Assembly (NCBI GenBank): GCA_041742135.1
Contig: JBGSJG010000008.1
Location: forward strand, 96,518 to 160,517
Length of the DNA stretch: 64,000 nt
Direction: 5' to 3'
From: Patescibacteria group bacterium
Lineage (GTDB): Bacteria > Patescibacteriota > Microgenomatia > UBA8517
Of the stretch, positions 10,389 through 19,584 are shown one piece after another. The stretch's first letter is position 1, and every line of letters begins with the position of its first letter. Below the pieces are notes generated by a model. That model worked only from the letters and a program-made list of their open reading frames with translations. It had not been told where the DNA came from and made no database searches. The position numbers were made by a program, and so were the translations under genes.

Positions 10389-11650
10389 CGGATGGCTTTA
10401 GCAACTTTTTGTCCCAGTTCGATTGCATAATTCGTTCCGCGGTCCCACGGATACACCTGTTGAATATTTGCAATAAACAAATTAGGTAATGGAGTACTAA
10501 AGTTTGGTATTTTTTTTGAATAGTTTTTAGTAACAACAGGTTGGGCAAATGGGGCTTTGGCAATGTACACATTGTTAATCCAGCTTTTTTGGAAGTTTTT
10601 ATTAATTCTCTTTATGTAAGGTGTAAATATTTTAACGAGTGTTGCTGAATCAAGCGAAAAATAATCGTGTGTTACGGGAAGATAATTCCCAATATAGACC
10701 AAGTGCTCGTTGGCATAGTTTTTTTTGTTCATGAAATTGGTATGTTCAACGACTGCCAAAAAAGGATAGTTGAGATTGTTTACATTAAGCCAATATGTGC
10801 CGTCAGTCAGCAATTTGTTTTTCAAAGACAACACGATTGTAATCGCCCCGATTCCTTTGAATGAATTAATCTTTTTTGAATACGAAGCAGGGAGGCCTTT
10901 AGTAATTTTAGAAAAAAGACTAAAGGGAAGAGTGCAAATGACTTTATCAAATTCGAGTTTTTCTTTGTCGGTTGTGATAACAATTTTTCCTTTACTGCTT
11001 TTAACTGTGCGAACTTCGGTGCTAAATTCAAACTTAACGCCCTTTTTGCTTAAGCTTTTGGTGTAGCTATCGGCAAATTTTTGAAAACCCCCTTCAGGGT
11101 AGCTCAAAGAAGGCGTTCTTTTTTTAATTCGGGCCCAAAACCAAGAAGCGGGGATTTTTTTTGTTTCGCTCCCAAACTTTCCCACAAACAAGGGTTCCCA
11201 CAAGAGGTTCCATGCCCTTTCTCCCATCGTGGAGCTAACAAATTTTACTGCAGATATTTTTTCCAAAGGTTTCCAAAAAGGCACGACTTTAAGAGCTGTG
11301 ATCGTTGCTCCGACACGCAGTTTGTCTAGTAAGCTGATTGCCGGAAAACTCAGAAGACTTGCAGGGGAATCGAAAGGGTAGTAGTTGTCCCCAAACAAGA
11401 TTGAAGTTTTCGGGCGAACAGTTATTACTTTGTGTTTTAATCTCTTTGCTGTTTCAATGGCAAAGTAGTCATTTGTGAACCAGTGATGATAATGTCCTTC
11501 GAGGCTCCACTTCCATGAATTTTTTTTAAACCCCGACGCTAACCCGCCCGCTACGTTTGATCGCTCGATTACAGTTACTTCGCAATTTGGAGATAATGAC
11601 TCAGCAGCCGCAAGTCCTACAAAGCCTGCCCCAATTATTCCGACTTTCAT
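10385..11650 (-). CDS. FAD-dependent oxidoreductase (amine-oxidase/PRK07233-like)
   Basis: 'IIGAGFVGL' Rossmann motif, 'GGLA', 'YHHWF', 'VEHTN', 'YPWDRGTNYA'. Confidence 0.85.
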   Translation of the reverse strand: MKVGIIGAGFVGLAAAESLSPNCEVTVIERSNVAGGLASGFKKNSWKWSLEGHYHHWFTNDYFAIETAKRLKHKVITVRPKTSILFGDNYYPFDSPASLLSFPAISLLDKLRVGATITALKVVPFWKPLEKISAVKFVSSTMGERAWNLLWEPLFVGKFGSETKKIPASWFWARIKKRTPSLSYPEGGFQKFADSYTKSLSKKGVKFEFSTEVRTVKSSKGKIVITTDKEKLEFDKVICTLPFSLFSKITKGLPASYSKKINSFKGIGAITIVLSLKNKLLTDGTYWLNVNNLNYPFLAVVEHTNFMNKKNYANEHLVYIGNYLPVTHDYFSLDSATLVKIFTPYIKRINKNFQKSWINNVYIAKAPFAQPVVTKNYSKKIPNFSTPLPNLFIANIQQVYPWDRGTNYAIELGQKVAKAIR

Positions 11651-12000
11651 TTCTTTCGGCTCCTGGTTTTTTTGATCTGGCTAATTGTCTGAGTGCGTAC
11701 TAATTGCTCGATCTTTTTTTCAATTTCTCGGTTTTTCATAAAGTTATCAAAGCTGATTATTGCAAGAACTGCAAATGCCATGAGCATCAACAAGTCCAAT
11801 ATCCTGATCACGTTTAATGGTTTGATAATCGGCTCAAGTATTTCAGGGAAGAGCGTGAGCGTGATGAACCCAAGCCATAAAACAGTCCAAAGAAAAAAGT
11901 CACCTGAAGTCAATTTACCCTTTTTGTAATTGATAAAATTTACATAAAGCATGAAGAATGCAAAAAGAAGAGCTAATAGTTGTATTCCTAGCAAATGCAT
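11647..12000 (-). CDS. DUF2304-like 3-TM protein, partner of the adjacent GT2
   Basis: 3 TM helices, 'LFPE', C-terminal coiled 'IEKKIEQLVR'; adjacent to a DPM1-like GT2. Confidence 0.75.
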   Translation of the reverse strand: MHLLGIQLLALLFAFFMLYVNFINYKKGKLTSGDFFLWTVLWLGFITLTLFPEILEPIIKPLNVIRILDLLMLMAFAVLAIISFDNFMKNREIEKKIEQLVRTQTISQIKKTRSRKK

Positions 12001-12007
12001 AATTTAA

Positions 12008-12670
12008 TTAATCAAATCGCCATTTAAAAACTGACGGTAAAATTGCCAATGCGTCTAAAATTGAGACCCCTTTGTGTTTATCTATGTAGATAGTAGAAAT
12101 CTCAACTTCAGCGTATTGTAGTTTGTTTTTACCTGTTCTTGCAACCACCTCTGATTCAATTCCGTATCTTGGGCTTTTCCATTCAATTTTTTTGTAGGCA
12201 TCTTTATTGAAGGCTAGATAGCCGCACAATAAATCTTGGCGATATATACCAAACATCAAATGTATAAGCGAAGCCCCGAATTTGTTACCGATGAGTCTCA
12301 CAAGCGGAGCCTTGCCCACTAACTTCCTTTTGCCGAAGACAATGTCGTTTGAGCGAAGACTGTCTGCAAAGCGCGGAATGAATTTCGGATCGTGCTGGCC
12401 GTCAGCGTCGAGAACTATAATGGATGTAGCCCCGATATCGAATGCTGCTTCGCAACCAGTTTTTAATGCAGCACCTTTTCCTAAATTTATCTTATGCCTC
12501 AATGGTACCACTCCGTGCATAGTCGCGTTTTGGGCAGTTTTGTCTGATGAACCGTCGTCGACGACAATAATTTTATAGCCGAATTTTAATGTCTTTTTCA
12601 GCACATCTTTGATCCGAGCCGCTTCGTTATAAGCGGGGATTACTATGAAGATATTATTTTTCGATTTCAT
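12008..12670 (-). CDS. GT2 DPM1-like polyprenol-phosphate glycosyltransferase
   Basis: 'VIPAYNE', 'VVDDGSSD', 'NLGKGAA', 'LDADGQH'. Confidence 0.9.
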   Translation of the reverse strand: MKSKNNIFIVIPAYNEAARIKDVLKKTLKFGYKIIVVDDGSSDKTAQNATMHGVVPLRHKINLGKGAALKTGCEAAFDIGATSIIVLDADGQHDPKFIPRFADSLRSNDIVFGKRKLVGKAPLVRLIGNKFGASLIHLMFGIYRQDLLCGYLAFNKDAYKKIEWKSPRYGIESEVVARTGKNKLQYAEVEISTIYIDKHKGVSILDALAILPSVFKWRFD

Positions 12671-14222
12671 CGATTAGTTGGCTAGCAAAATTCTCTCTAG
12701 AAAAATATTTTGCCTTTTGAACCGATAACCTGGAAAGTCTGGCGAGCTTTTTAGGACTGTTAATTAATGAAGCTGTTTTGTCAGCTAGTTCAGAAATAGT
12801 TTTCCAAGTTTGCTCTTCATTGTCTCCCACCGTTTCGCTTAATCCGCCTTCTTTGTAAACAATTGGAACTGCGCCTGCAGCCATTGCTTCGACTGGAGTA
12901 ATACCAAAATGCTCAGTTCTTATTGGTTCACGGTTTGCGTTTACTCCGTAACCGGTTGCATGCCAGTATATCGAAGCCTTGCCGTAGTACTTTTTAAGCT
13001 CGTAAAAACTTGCATGATAATGAAACTTTATTTTATAGCCAACAGAACTGGCCTCAACGGTGGAGACATAATCTGTATGCTGTTTGCCTGCAGAGATTCC
13101 ACCAACCAAGTGAAGCTCCCAATCTGTGTCTACCATGTGTTGATCCACCATCCTCTTGAAGGCTTCGATTAGAATATCTTGCCTTTTAGCATGCCCACCG
13201 ACAAAAAATCTTCCAACATTAAGAATAATTTTTTCCTTTTTGGCTGCTTTAAATAAATGTGTATCGATAGGTGGGTACAAAACGCCCGCTTCGCGCCCCC
13301 AATATTTTTTGGTCCATTTTTGTGAAAACTTGGAATCTGCCAAAAGAGACTTGTATGTATCCAAACCGGCTGCGGTCTTATAAGAGGAGCTTCCGTAAAG
13401 TGCCATTTCGTAGCGGGGCATATAGCGCTTAATTAGGTTCCACATAAAAAAGCGGGGGTTTCTAACAGTCATACTTACAAGACCAAGTGCATTAGCGTTG
13501 TCCTTGCCGTCTACCAAGATGTCAATTGCGGTATTACTGTTTTCCGAAATAACTTCCAGTTTGCAGGCCATAATATTAAAGTCGTGATCAATGTATCGGT
13601 CGACGACTTTTACACTTGCATTTGGAGAAGCAAAGCTTACAAGCGCCAAGGAGGAACGACTAATCTGCTCGACATAAATTCTTGCAATCATACTAAACTT
13701 TTTCGGAGTGTTGGAAAATACAATTGTATTCTTGGCACTCAACCACCTGCCACCTCTCGTATATACATCGTCGATTGGTTCAAGCCCTTTAATAACTTCT
13801 GGAACGATTAGCATGTTTCGGAGTATGGGCAGTACTGTTTCGTACTTAAGAAAGCCAAGTAAAGAATTTTTCATCGGGGTGGGGAACAATATGTAGTAAA
13901 TCGATTTCTTGGCCAAGGATGGTAAGTGGTCCAGAAAGCTAACGTTAATAAACAAATCATACTTTTTTGTTTTTGGTGACAAAATCGAGTAGCTTCGCTC
14001 ATACCAAACCACCGTATTAACGCGGGATAAGTCGACGCCCATTTTGGACTCCAGTTGTCCCATATCGCAGTCAAAGTTGGAGATAATATCAACCTTGTGG
14101 CCTGCTTTTGATAAAACTTCCGCCATGACCGTCGCTACTTTTTCTCCTCCTCCCATGGAGTTGAGCCATTTGTCGTAAATACCTACACGCAATTTTTGTG
14201 AACTAGTTTTTTTTGTTTTCAT
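12654..14222 (-). CDS. GT4 glycosyltransferase with an internal inserted domain
   Basis: 'MGGGEK', 'VLYPP', 'NVGRFF', 'EHFGITPVEAMAAG'; about 130-aa insertion mid-protein. Confidence 0.85.
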   Translation of the reverse strand: MKTKKTSSQKLRVGIYDKWLNSMGGGEKVATVMAEVLSKAGHKVDIISNFDCDMGQLESKMGVDLSRVNTVVWYERSYSILSPKTKKYDLFINVSFLDHLPSLAKKSIYYILFPTPMKNSLLGFLKYETVLPILRNMLIVPEVIKGLEPIDDVYTRGGRWLSAKNTIVFSNTPKKFSMIARIYVEQISRSSLALVSFASPNASVKVVDRYIDHDFNIMACKLEVISENSNTAIDILVDGKDNANALGLVSMTVRNPRFFMWNLIKRYMPRYEMALYGSSSYKTAAGLDTYKSLLADSKFSQKWTKKYWGREAGVLYPPIDTHLFKAAKKEKIILNVGRFFVGGHAKRQDILIEAFKRMVDQHMVDTDWELHLVGGISAGKQHTDYVSTVEASSVGYKIKFHYHASFYELKKYYGKASIYWHATGYGVNANREPIRTEHFGITPVEAMAAGAVPIVYKEGGLSETVGDNEEQTWKTISELADKTASLINSPKKLARLSRLSVQKAKYFSRENFASQLIDEIEK

Positions 14223-15514
14223 TACGAAAATTTTTTAAGTTGAGTCAAGCTTAATCTTTTAGCTCTTAAAAGTCCATGCAAAAAGGGGACTACGATTGAT
14301 AAATTTACTTTTACTCTGGAAACAAAACGCTGCCTAGCCATTTTTAGGTTACGTCTCCGAACATAATATAGCGGAATTGCAAAAGTGGAATATGTTAGAT
14401 AAACCAACCACTGCCAAATTGCTAGGTGCCTTGGCCAGTGTTTTGCTACAAAGAGCAATCTTCCTCGTTCAACATGGTAGACAAAAAATTCAGACCATTC
14501 CTGGCTAGATGCTGAGTGAATGTGCCGTACAACACACTTTGGGGAGTAAATAATTTTCCATTTTGACTCACGCATCCTAAGAGATAATTCCCCGTCTTCG
14601 TAATACATAAAAAAGTCTGGATCAAAATGGCCAACTTCCATAAGTGCTTTCTTGTTTAAAAGCACACCAGCCCCGCAAAATCCTTCAATTTCTTCCTCTT
14701 CGGCATATTGCCCCAAGTCCTCTTCGTAGAATTGCTGACTTTTGTAAACTATTGACCCCCGATCACGGCTAAAACCGTCACGAAAATAATAGTTGCCTGC
14801 ATTTTGAATTAAGTCGGAAGTAAATTCACGAGAATTATTAAGCTTTAGTTCAACTTTTTCCCCTTGGCCAATCTGTGCGAATTTCTGTTTTTTTGCAAGT
14901 TTGCCTTTAAGAAATATCTTATACTCACTTTTCCTGAATGGTTTGATTTCAATTTTGAGGGTAAAGGGCTTATTGAAAGAATGTTTGACAGGCAGGAATA
15001 AGCTTTCGGTAAAAAGCGTTTGAGTGTCAAGCGGAATGAGAAACGGCTCAACATTTGTTCCGTTAGCTCCGTGAGGTATAGAAAAATCTGAAAAGGCAGC
15101 CTCCTCAATTTTTACGGGTATATACTTGTCGATCAGAACCATTTTAGCGTTTACTGCGCCAATTTTTTGAGTTCGGCTCCACTTGGTGAAAGTAGCGACG
15201 ATTTCTGATAAGCAGTTTTTATCAAGCTCAGTGTCGTTATTGACCAAGAAGAACAGCTCGCCACGCGCTTTGGTCATTGCCAAGTTATTACCTTTCCCAA
15301 AGCCTATGTTCTGGGGCGATTTGATTATTCTAGTTTTTGGATAATTCTCTTTGATAAATTTTACAGAGTTGTCGGTCGATGCGTTATCAACAACTATTAC
15401 CTCGAATTTGTTTTTCGGATAATTTTGTTTGTGTGCTGAGCTCAAGAAGGCATCAAGATATTTTTTGCCGTTATAATTGACGGTGATTATTGATACAAAT
15501 TTGTTATTTGCCAT
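14222..15514 (-). CDS. GT2 glycosyltransferase (WbbL/WfgS-like) with an internal inserted domain
   Basis: 'VSIITVNYNG', 'VVDNAS', 'LVNNDT', 'FFMYYED'; start placed at ATG 15514 (MANNKF). Confidence 0.85.
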   Translation of the reverse strand: MANNKFVSIITVNYNGKKYLDAFLSSAHKQNYPKNKFEVIVVDNASTDNSVKFIKENYPKTRIIKSPQNIGFGKGNNLAMTKARGELFFLVNNDTELDKNCLSEIVATFTKWSRTQKIGAVNAKMVLIDKYIPVKIEEAAFSDFSIPHGANGTNVEPFLIPLDTQTLFTESLFLPVKHSFNKPFTLKIEIKPFRKSEYKIFLKGKLAKKQKFAQIGQGEKVELKLNNSREFTSDLIQNAGNYYFRDGFSRDRGSIVYKSQQFYEEDLGQYAEEEEIEGFCGAGVLLNKKALMEVGHFDPDFFMYYEDGELSLRMRESKWKIIYSPKCVVRHIHSASSQEWSEFFVYHVERGRLLFVAKHWPRHLAIWQWLVYLTYSTFAIPLYYVRRRNLKMARQRFVSRVKVNLSIVVPFLHGLLRAKRLSLTQLKKFS

Positions 15515-15671
15515 TGCGAAAGATGCGTTCAATTTTTTCTTTCCAATAGAATGCTTTTGATGAAACGATTTGCTTTCGAATATAGAGCAAATCATTTTTC
15601 TCTTTTTCGAGCCTTTTAATTTCTTTTTTTAGTAAACCGTTTTCTTTACTTAATTCTTTAATGGTTTTCAT
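15504..15671 (-). CDS. 55-aa coiled-coil microprotein (not in the ORF track)
   Basis: MKTIKELSKENGLLKKEIKRLEKEKNDLLYIRKQIVSSKAFYWKEKIERIFRNGK*; ATG overlaps the upstream TGA (ATGA) and the stop lies just past the downstream ATG. Confidence 0.7.
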   Translation of the reverse strand: MKTIKELSKENGLLKKEIKRLEKEKNDLLYIRKQIVSSKAFYWKEKIERIFRNGK

Positions 15672-16552
15672 GAGCGTGTGGCAATTGATTTTTTAAAATT
15701 ATTATATGCTTGCCAGGATTTGAAAAATCGCGAATTAACCAATTCTTCTACTTCTAAGCGGAGCGGGAATATCTCGTTTACTAGGTTGATTATCTCAGAC
15801 TTGAGCTGGGAATTTTCCTCAAGACGAATATTTAGCTCTTGAATTTTTTTATTACTTTTTTTAGATAATATTCTGTATTTGTCTACAAGGTCATAATACT
15901 TTGCCCAGATATCTCTAAAGCAAAGAATTTCGTCATAATCATTACTTAAAAATATTAACCCCAACCCGTGAGAGTGAAAGAAATCAAAGTAGGGGTGCTT
16001 CTTTTTTAACTCATTCCATAGCCGGTAGACTTCAAAGTCGCCCTTTGTTTCTTGGGTGTCGTGGAAAAGAACTATGCCATTTGTTTTAACTTTACTGACC
16101 CACCTATCAAAATCGTGTTTAACTGCCTTGTAGGTGTGAAGCCCGTCGATATGCAAAATATCTACTGACTTGTTGTCAATCCTTTGAGATCCAATATCAA
16201 ATGACTGTTTAACGAGTTTGATACTTACCTCGTTATACACTTTTTTAGAAATGTTTTTTACGTTTTTAAAAATGTCAGGACCGTAAAAACCTGTGTGTTT
16301 GTCTCCTTCCCAGGTGTCAACACCCACAAGTTGGCACTTCATTTTTCCGTCTTTGATTGCTTGGGCCATTGAAAAAAGTGAACCGCCTTTATAAGTGCCC
16401 AACTCAACGATTTGTGTGGGTTTTAAATTTCGAATCAGATCGTAAATAAAATATCTATGCCCTTCCCAGGCTGAAGAAAGATCTCCAAATTCTTTTTCAT
16501 ATTCAAATTTTGGTGAATAGTAAATCCAATCAAGTGGTTTAACCGTTAACAT
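15668..16552 (-). CDS. Class I SAM methyltransferase (Methyltransf_24) with C-terminal coiled coil; glycan chain terminator-like
   Basis: 'IVELGTYKGGS', 'GVDTWEGD', 'LHIDGLHTY', 'LFHD'; heptad tail ending 'LVNSRFFKSWQAY'. Confidence 0.8.
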   Translation of the reverse strand: MLTVKPLDWIYYSPKFEYEKEFGDLSSAWEGHRYFIYDLIRNLKPTQIVELGTYKGGSLFSMAQAIKDGKMKCQLVGVDTWEGDKHTGFYGPDIFKNVKNISKKVYNEVSIKLVKQSFDIGSQRIDNKSVDILHIDGLHTYKAVKHDFDRWVSKVKTNGIVLFHDTQETKGDFEVYRLWNELKKKHPYFDFFHSHGLGLIFLSNDYDEILCFRDIWAKYYDLVDKYRILSKKSNKKIQELNIRLEENSQLKSEIINLVNEIFPLRLEVEELVNSRFFKSWQAYNNFKKSIATRS

Positions 16553-16561
16553 TTTATAGGT

Positions 16562-18112
16562 CTATATTTTAGATCTTAGTGATTTTAAACGATAAATGTA
16601 CTTTGCGTAAGTGACTGATTTCGGCGTGCCCACCCTTTTTAAAATTTTTTTATATTCCAAAATTCGTCTTTCGCTTCTGGGGATACAAATTTGTTTATAA
16701 ACTTCGGGAAGCAAACCTGCTTTATATAAATCGTACCAATCCTTCCAGTGCCAACCTAACCCGGGTGATTTATCGGGATTTTTCAAGTATGATTTTCCGC
16801 CATTTACAACCTTTGACTTGAATTGACTGTATGATCTGATTGAAAAATGGTGAATGAAAATATGCTGAACATCGATCCTTTTCTGGGGAGCATCTCCAGA
16901 CACCAAGTGGTTGCCTTGCTCGATTTTTACAAACTCCGAGGCGGTCATTACTTTAGGATGGTAAATATGCAAAAACAACCGCCAACTTGGATCGCGAGAA
17001 TATTCAGCAGCATGGGTGTAAGGATTGGATACTATGTATTTCTTGGAAGTTAAAGGGGTATTGTGTAACTCCGGCAAGTAGTTGATAACTGGAACATAAT
17101 ATACTTCGTTTTGCTTTGGCAATTGAGTTTTAAGATCTCCTGAGGTCGGGTACCAGAACTCGTCTGCATCTGCATGGAGGAGGTGAGTAGCTCCGAAACT
17201 ATCGACAGCCTTCTTTGCCATTTTTGATACCCACTTGCTTTGCTCGTATGTGTGCGTTTTTTCATTGTTTAAATCGAGAACCCCTTGCTTTTGGTATTTT
17301 TTGAGAATTTCCAAAGTCCCATCCTTTGATCCGTTATCAGTAGCTACGATATAGTCGACACCATGGTTTAGGTGGAAGCAAATGTTATTTTCTATTATGT
17401 CGGCTTCATCTCGGACGAGTAATGTCATGACTAGCCGTGGCTTGGTAACTTTGTGTTTGGAGACCGCACGATTTTTCCCCCATCTGTGAGACCAGTGGTG
17501 TATGGCGTGAGTATTTTTCTTAATGCAATCTTTGTTGTAGGTTTGATTCCACGCGTATGGATAAAAGTACGATGGTGGATAAATCATTACGTCGTCGACT
17601 CGAACTCCTTTTTCGTTATATTTTTTTAGACCGTGATTTTCGAGTAATTTAGTTACCAACCTCGGAGAGGAAACGTTTGCTTCTTCTGTGCCATCAAATG
17701 TGTCAAGAAGATTGTTCATACTTTCTTTGATAAACCAGTGATGTTTATTGGCACCAAAAACGGCGTTGTTAACCCAATCACCCTGATCTTTATGTGCTGA
17801 TTGAAACCCGAAAAAGCACTTATTCCTTAACAATTCGTCAAAATTTTTTAACACTAATACGTCTGTATCAAGGTAGACTCCACCGTGCTTGTAAACAGCC
17901 ACCAGGCGAAGTAAGTTAGAAATATTTGCCCAATTTTTTGACTTGAATGCTTTTTTGAAATAGGGGATTTCTAAATCGACATCTTTGTCGCTCCAAAGCA
18001 TTAGTTTGTAATCTGGATTGTGTTTGAGCCAAGAACGAATAAACCTATCCTTTTTGGGGTTTGGTGCACGTTGGTCGCCAACCCAGACATAGTGAATTAT
18101 TTTTGGAATCAT
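16562..18112 (-). CDS. Bifunctional glycosyltransferase: GT32 (DXD) + GT2-like domain
   Basis: 'MIPKIIHYVW', 'GGVYLDTDV', 'HHWS' then 'TLLVRDEADII', 'TDNGSKDGT', 'DADEFW'. Confidence 0.85.
   Translation of the reverse strand: MIPKIIHYVWVGDQRAPNPKKDRFIRSWLKHNPDYKLMLWSDKDVDLEIPYFKKAFKSKNWANISNLLRLVAVYKHGGVYLDTDVLVLKNFDELLRNKCFFGFQSAHKDQGDWVNNAVFGANKHHWFIKESMNNLLDTFDGTEEANVSSPRLVTKLLENHGLKKYNEKGVRVDDVMIYPPSYFYPYAWNQTYNKDCIKKNTHAIHHWSHRWGKNRAVSKHKVTKPRLVMTLLVRDEADIIENNICFHLNHGVDYIVATDNGSKDGTLEILKKYQKQGVLDLNNEKTHTYEQSKWVSKMAKKAVDSFGATHLLHADADEFWYPTSGDLKTQLPKQNEVYYVPVINYLPELHNTPLTSKKYIVSNPYTHAAEYSRDPSWRLFLHIYHPKVMTASEFVKIEQGNHLVSGDAPQKRIDVQHIFIHHFSIRSYSQFKSKVVNGGKSYLKNPDKSPGLGWHWKDWYDLYKAGLLPEVYKQICIPRSERRILEYKKILKRVGTPKSVTYAKYIYRLKSLRSKI
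18058..18090. repeat. 33-bp direct repeat, copy 1 (inside the 5' end of the GT32 gene)
   Basis: GGTTTGGTGCACGTTGGTCGCCAACCCAGACAT, identical to 22285-22317. Confidence 0.95.
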
Positions 18113-18345
18113 AGCTGCATTATAAAGCGAAGTGGTATCCAAAGCATAACAAGTAAATCATACCCTAAGCCTTTACAATCAAAAAGATATCAAGAATAAT
18201 CGGTTTGAGCCTGTGAAGGTCGTTAAGGCAACATACGCAGTAAATCTCAACATGGTATATTTATACAACCAAGTGACCTCTGGTGTAAGCGCCAAAGGAA
18301 AGTATCTTGTTAGCTCAGTCAAATTTCGTATAAAAATGTAAAATA

Positions 18346-19584
18346 ATGAAGGTTTTGTTGGTTGCTGATGTCGGAAGAACTGATTATGGTTTTTATCATG
18401 TTGGTGACGAAGCCATGTTTTATGAAACAGTCAGATGGTATAGCAAAAACAGACCTTTGTATGCAATTGGCGCTCTATCTAGGTCCACAACTCGTAAAAA
18501 TTTGAGGGTTAAAGAATATCAACATCTGTCTTTCCCGCCCCAGGATTGGACCGCGAGAAAATACTTATTCAAGTTGATTATTAAGAATTTACTGTTCAAA
18601 TTTACGGGGATAATAAAATTCAATTCTGTTGAGCTTAACTTCGTTCAACTTGTGCAGAAATATGATCTGATTCACTTTTGTGGCGGCGGTAATTTCTATA
18701 GTATTTCTGTTTCGTGGTTATATTATGCCTTTTACATTATTTTTTTGGGGAAAATTTATGGAAAAACTACAATTTTAACTAGCCAGACAATAGGTCCTTT
18801 TCGAGGGATCGATAAAATATTTGTGCCTATTTTTTTGAATATGCCAAAGCTTATCGGTGTGCGAGAACCTTCAGACGATATTACTTTATATAAGCACAGA
18901 GTAATTCGACCAAAGGTGATATCTATGATTGATAAGGCCTATACACTACCAAGCATTAAATCTACATTAGTGGTACAAACCAAGAAAACAAAAATCGGTT
19001 TGAGCCTACATCGGTGGCAGGGCGTGGAAGATAATATGATTAACATAGTGTTGAAAGCATTAAATGAGATAGCGAAAACAAAAGACATTGAAGTATTTAT
19101 TATCCCCCACATTATCGTTAAAGCTGATAATGATTGGGACAACTTGTATATGAGCCAAATAATTAGCAAATTAAATAAGCAGATAAAGGTAAAGATTGTC
19201 AAATACAGTGATTTAACCAAATCTAAGAATGAACCTGCATGTTTAGTAAAGCATATTACCTCAAAAATGGATGTTCTAATATCTTCGAGATATCATGGAC
19301 TTGTTTTTGCACTGTCTGAAAACGTTCCTTGTATGTCTTTTTCGATGGGCGAGTATTACAAAAGTAAAAACGAGAAGGCACTGAAGTTCTGGTACGGGGA
19401 AAGGTATTCGGATTACATCTTCAGTCTCGAAAATTATAATCCAACACTATTCACAAAAAAATTAAACTCAATACTTGAGGATCTACCAAAACAAAAACTG
19501 GACTTAAAAGTGGCAAATCAAAAATTATCATCAAGCAAATCCATATTTAACCTTCAAGGTGTCCTTGAGATTACAAAATGTTAG
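18346..19584 (+). CDS. Polysaccharide pyruvyl transferase family protein (CsaB/WcaK-like)
   Basis: 'HVGDEAM', 'GGGNF', 'SQTIGPF', 'GVRE', 'SSRYHGLVFAL'. Confidence 0.85.
   Translation: MKVLLVADVGRTDYGFYHVGDEAMFYETVRWYSKNRPLYAIGALSRSTTRKNLRVKEYQHLSFPPQDWTARKYLFKLIIKNLLFKFTGIIKFNSVELNFVQLVQKYDLIHFCGGGNFYSISVSWLYYAFYIIFLGKIYGKTTILTSQTIGPFRGIDKIFVPIFLNMPKLIGVREPSDDITLYKHRVIRPKVISMIDKAYTLPSIKSTLVVQTKKTKIGLSLHRWQGVEDNMINIVLKALNEIAKTKDIEVFIIPHIIVKADNDWDNLYMSQIISKLNKQIKVKIVKYSDLTKSKNEPACLVKHITSKMDVLISSRYHGLVFALSENVPCMSFSMGEYYKSKNEKALKFWYGERYSDYIFSLENYNPTLFTKKLNSILEDLPKQKLDLKVANQKLSSSKSIFNLQGVLEITKC

Noticed and set aside
10385-11650. Protoporphyrinogen oxidase or hopanoid HpnE annotation
   Set aside because: Shared fold only; the context is entirely glycan synthesis, with no haem or hopanoid genes
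18150-18341. ~63-codon open frame on + (QVNHTLSLYNQKDIKNNRFEPV...KFRIKM*) upstream of the pyruvyltransferase
   Set aside because: No plausible start at its 5' end and no recognisable family; may be a gene remnant but cannot be supported
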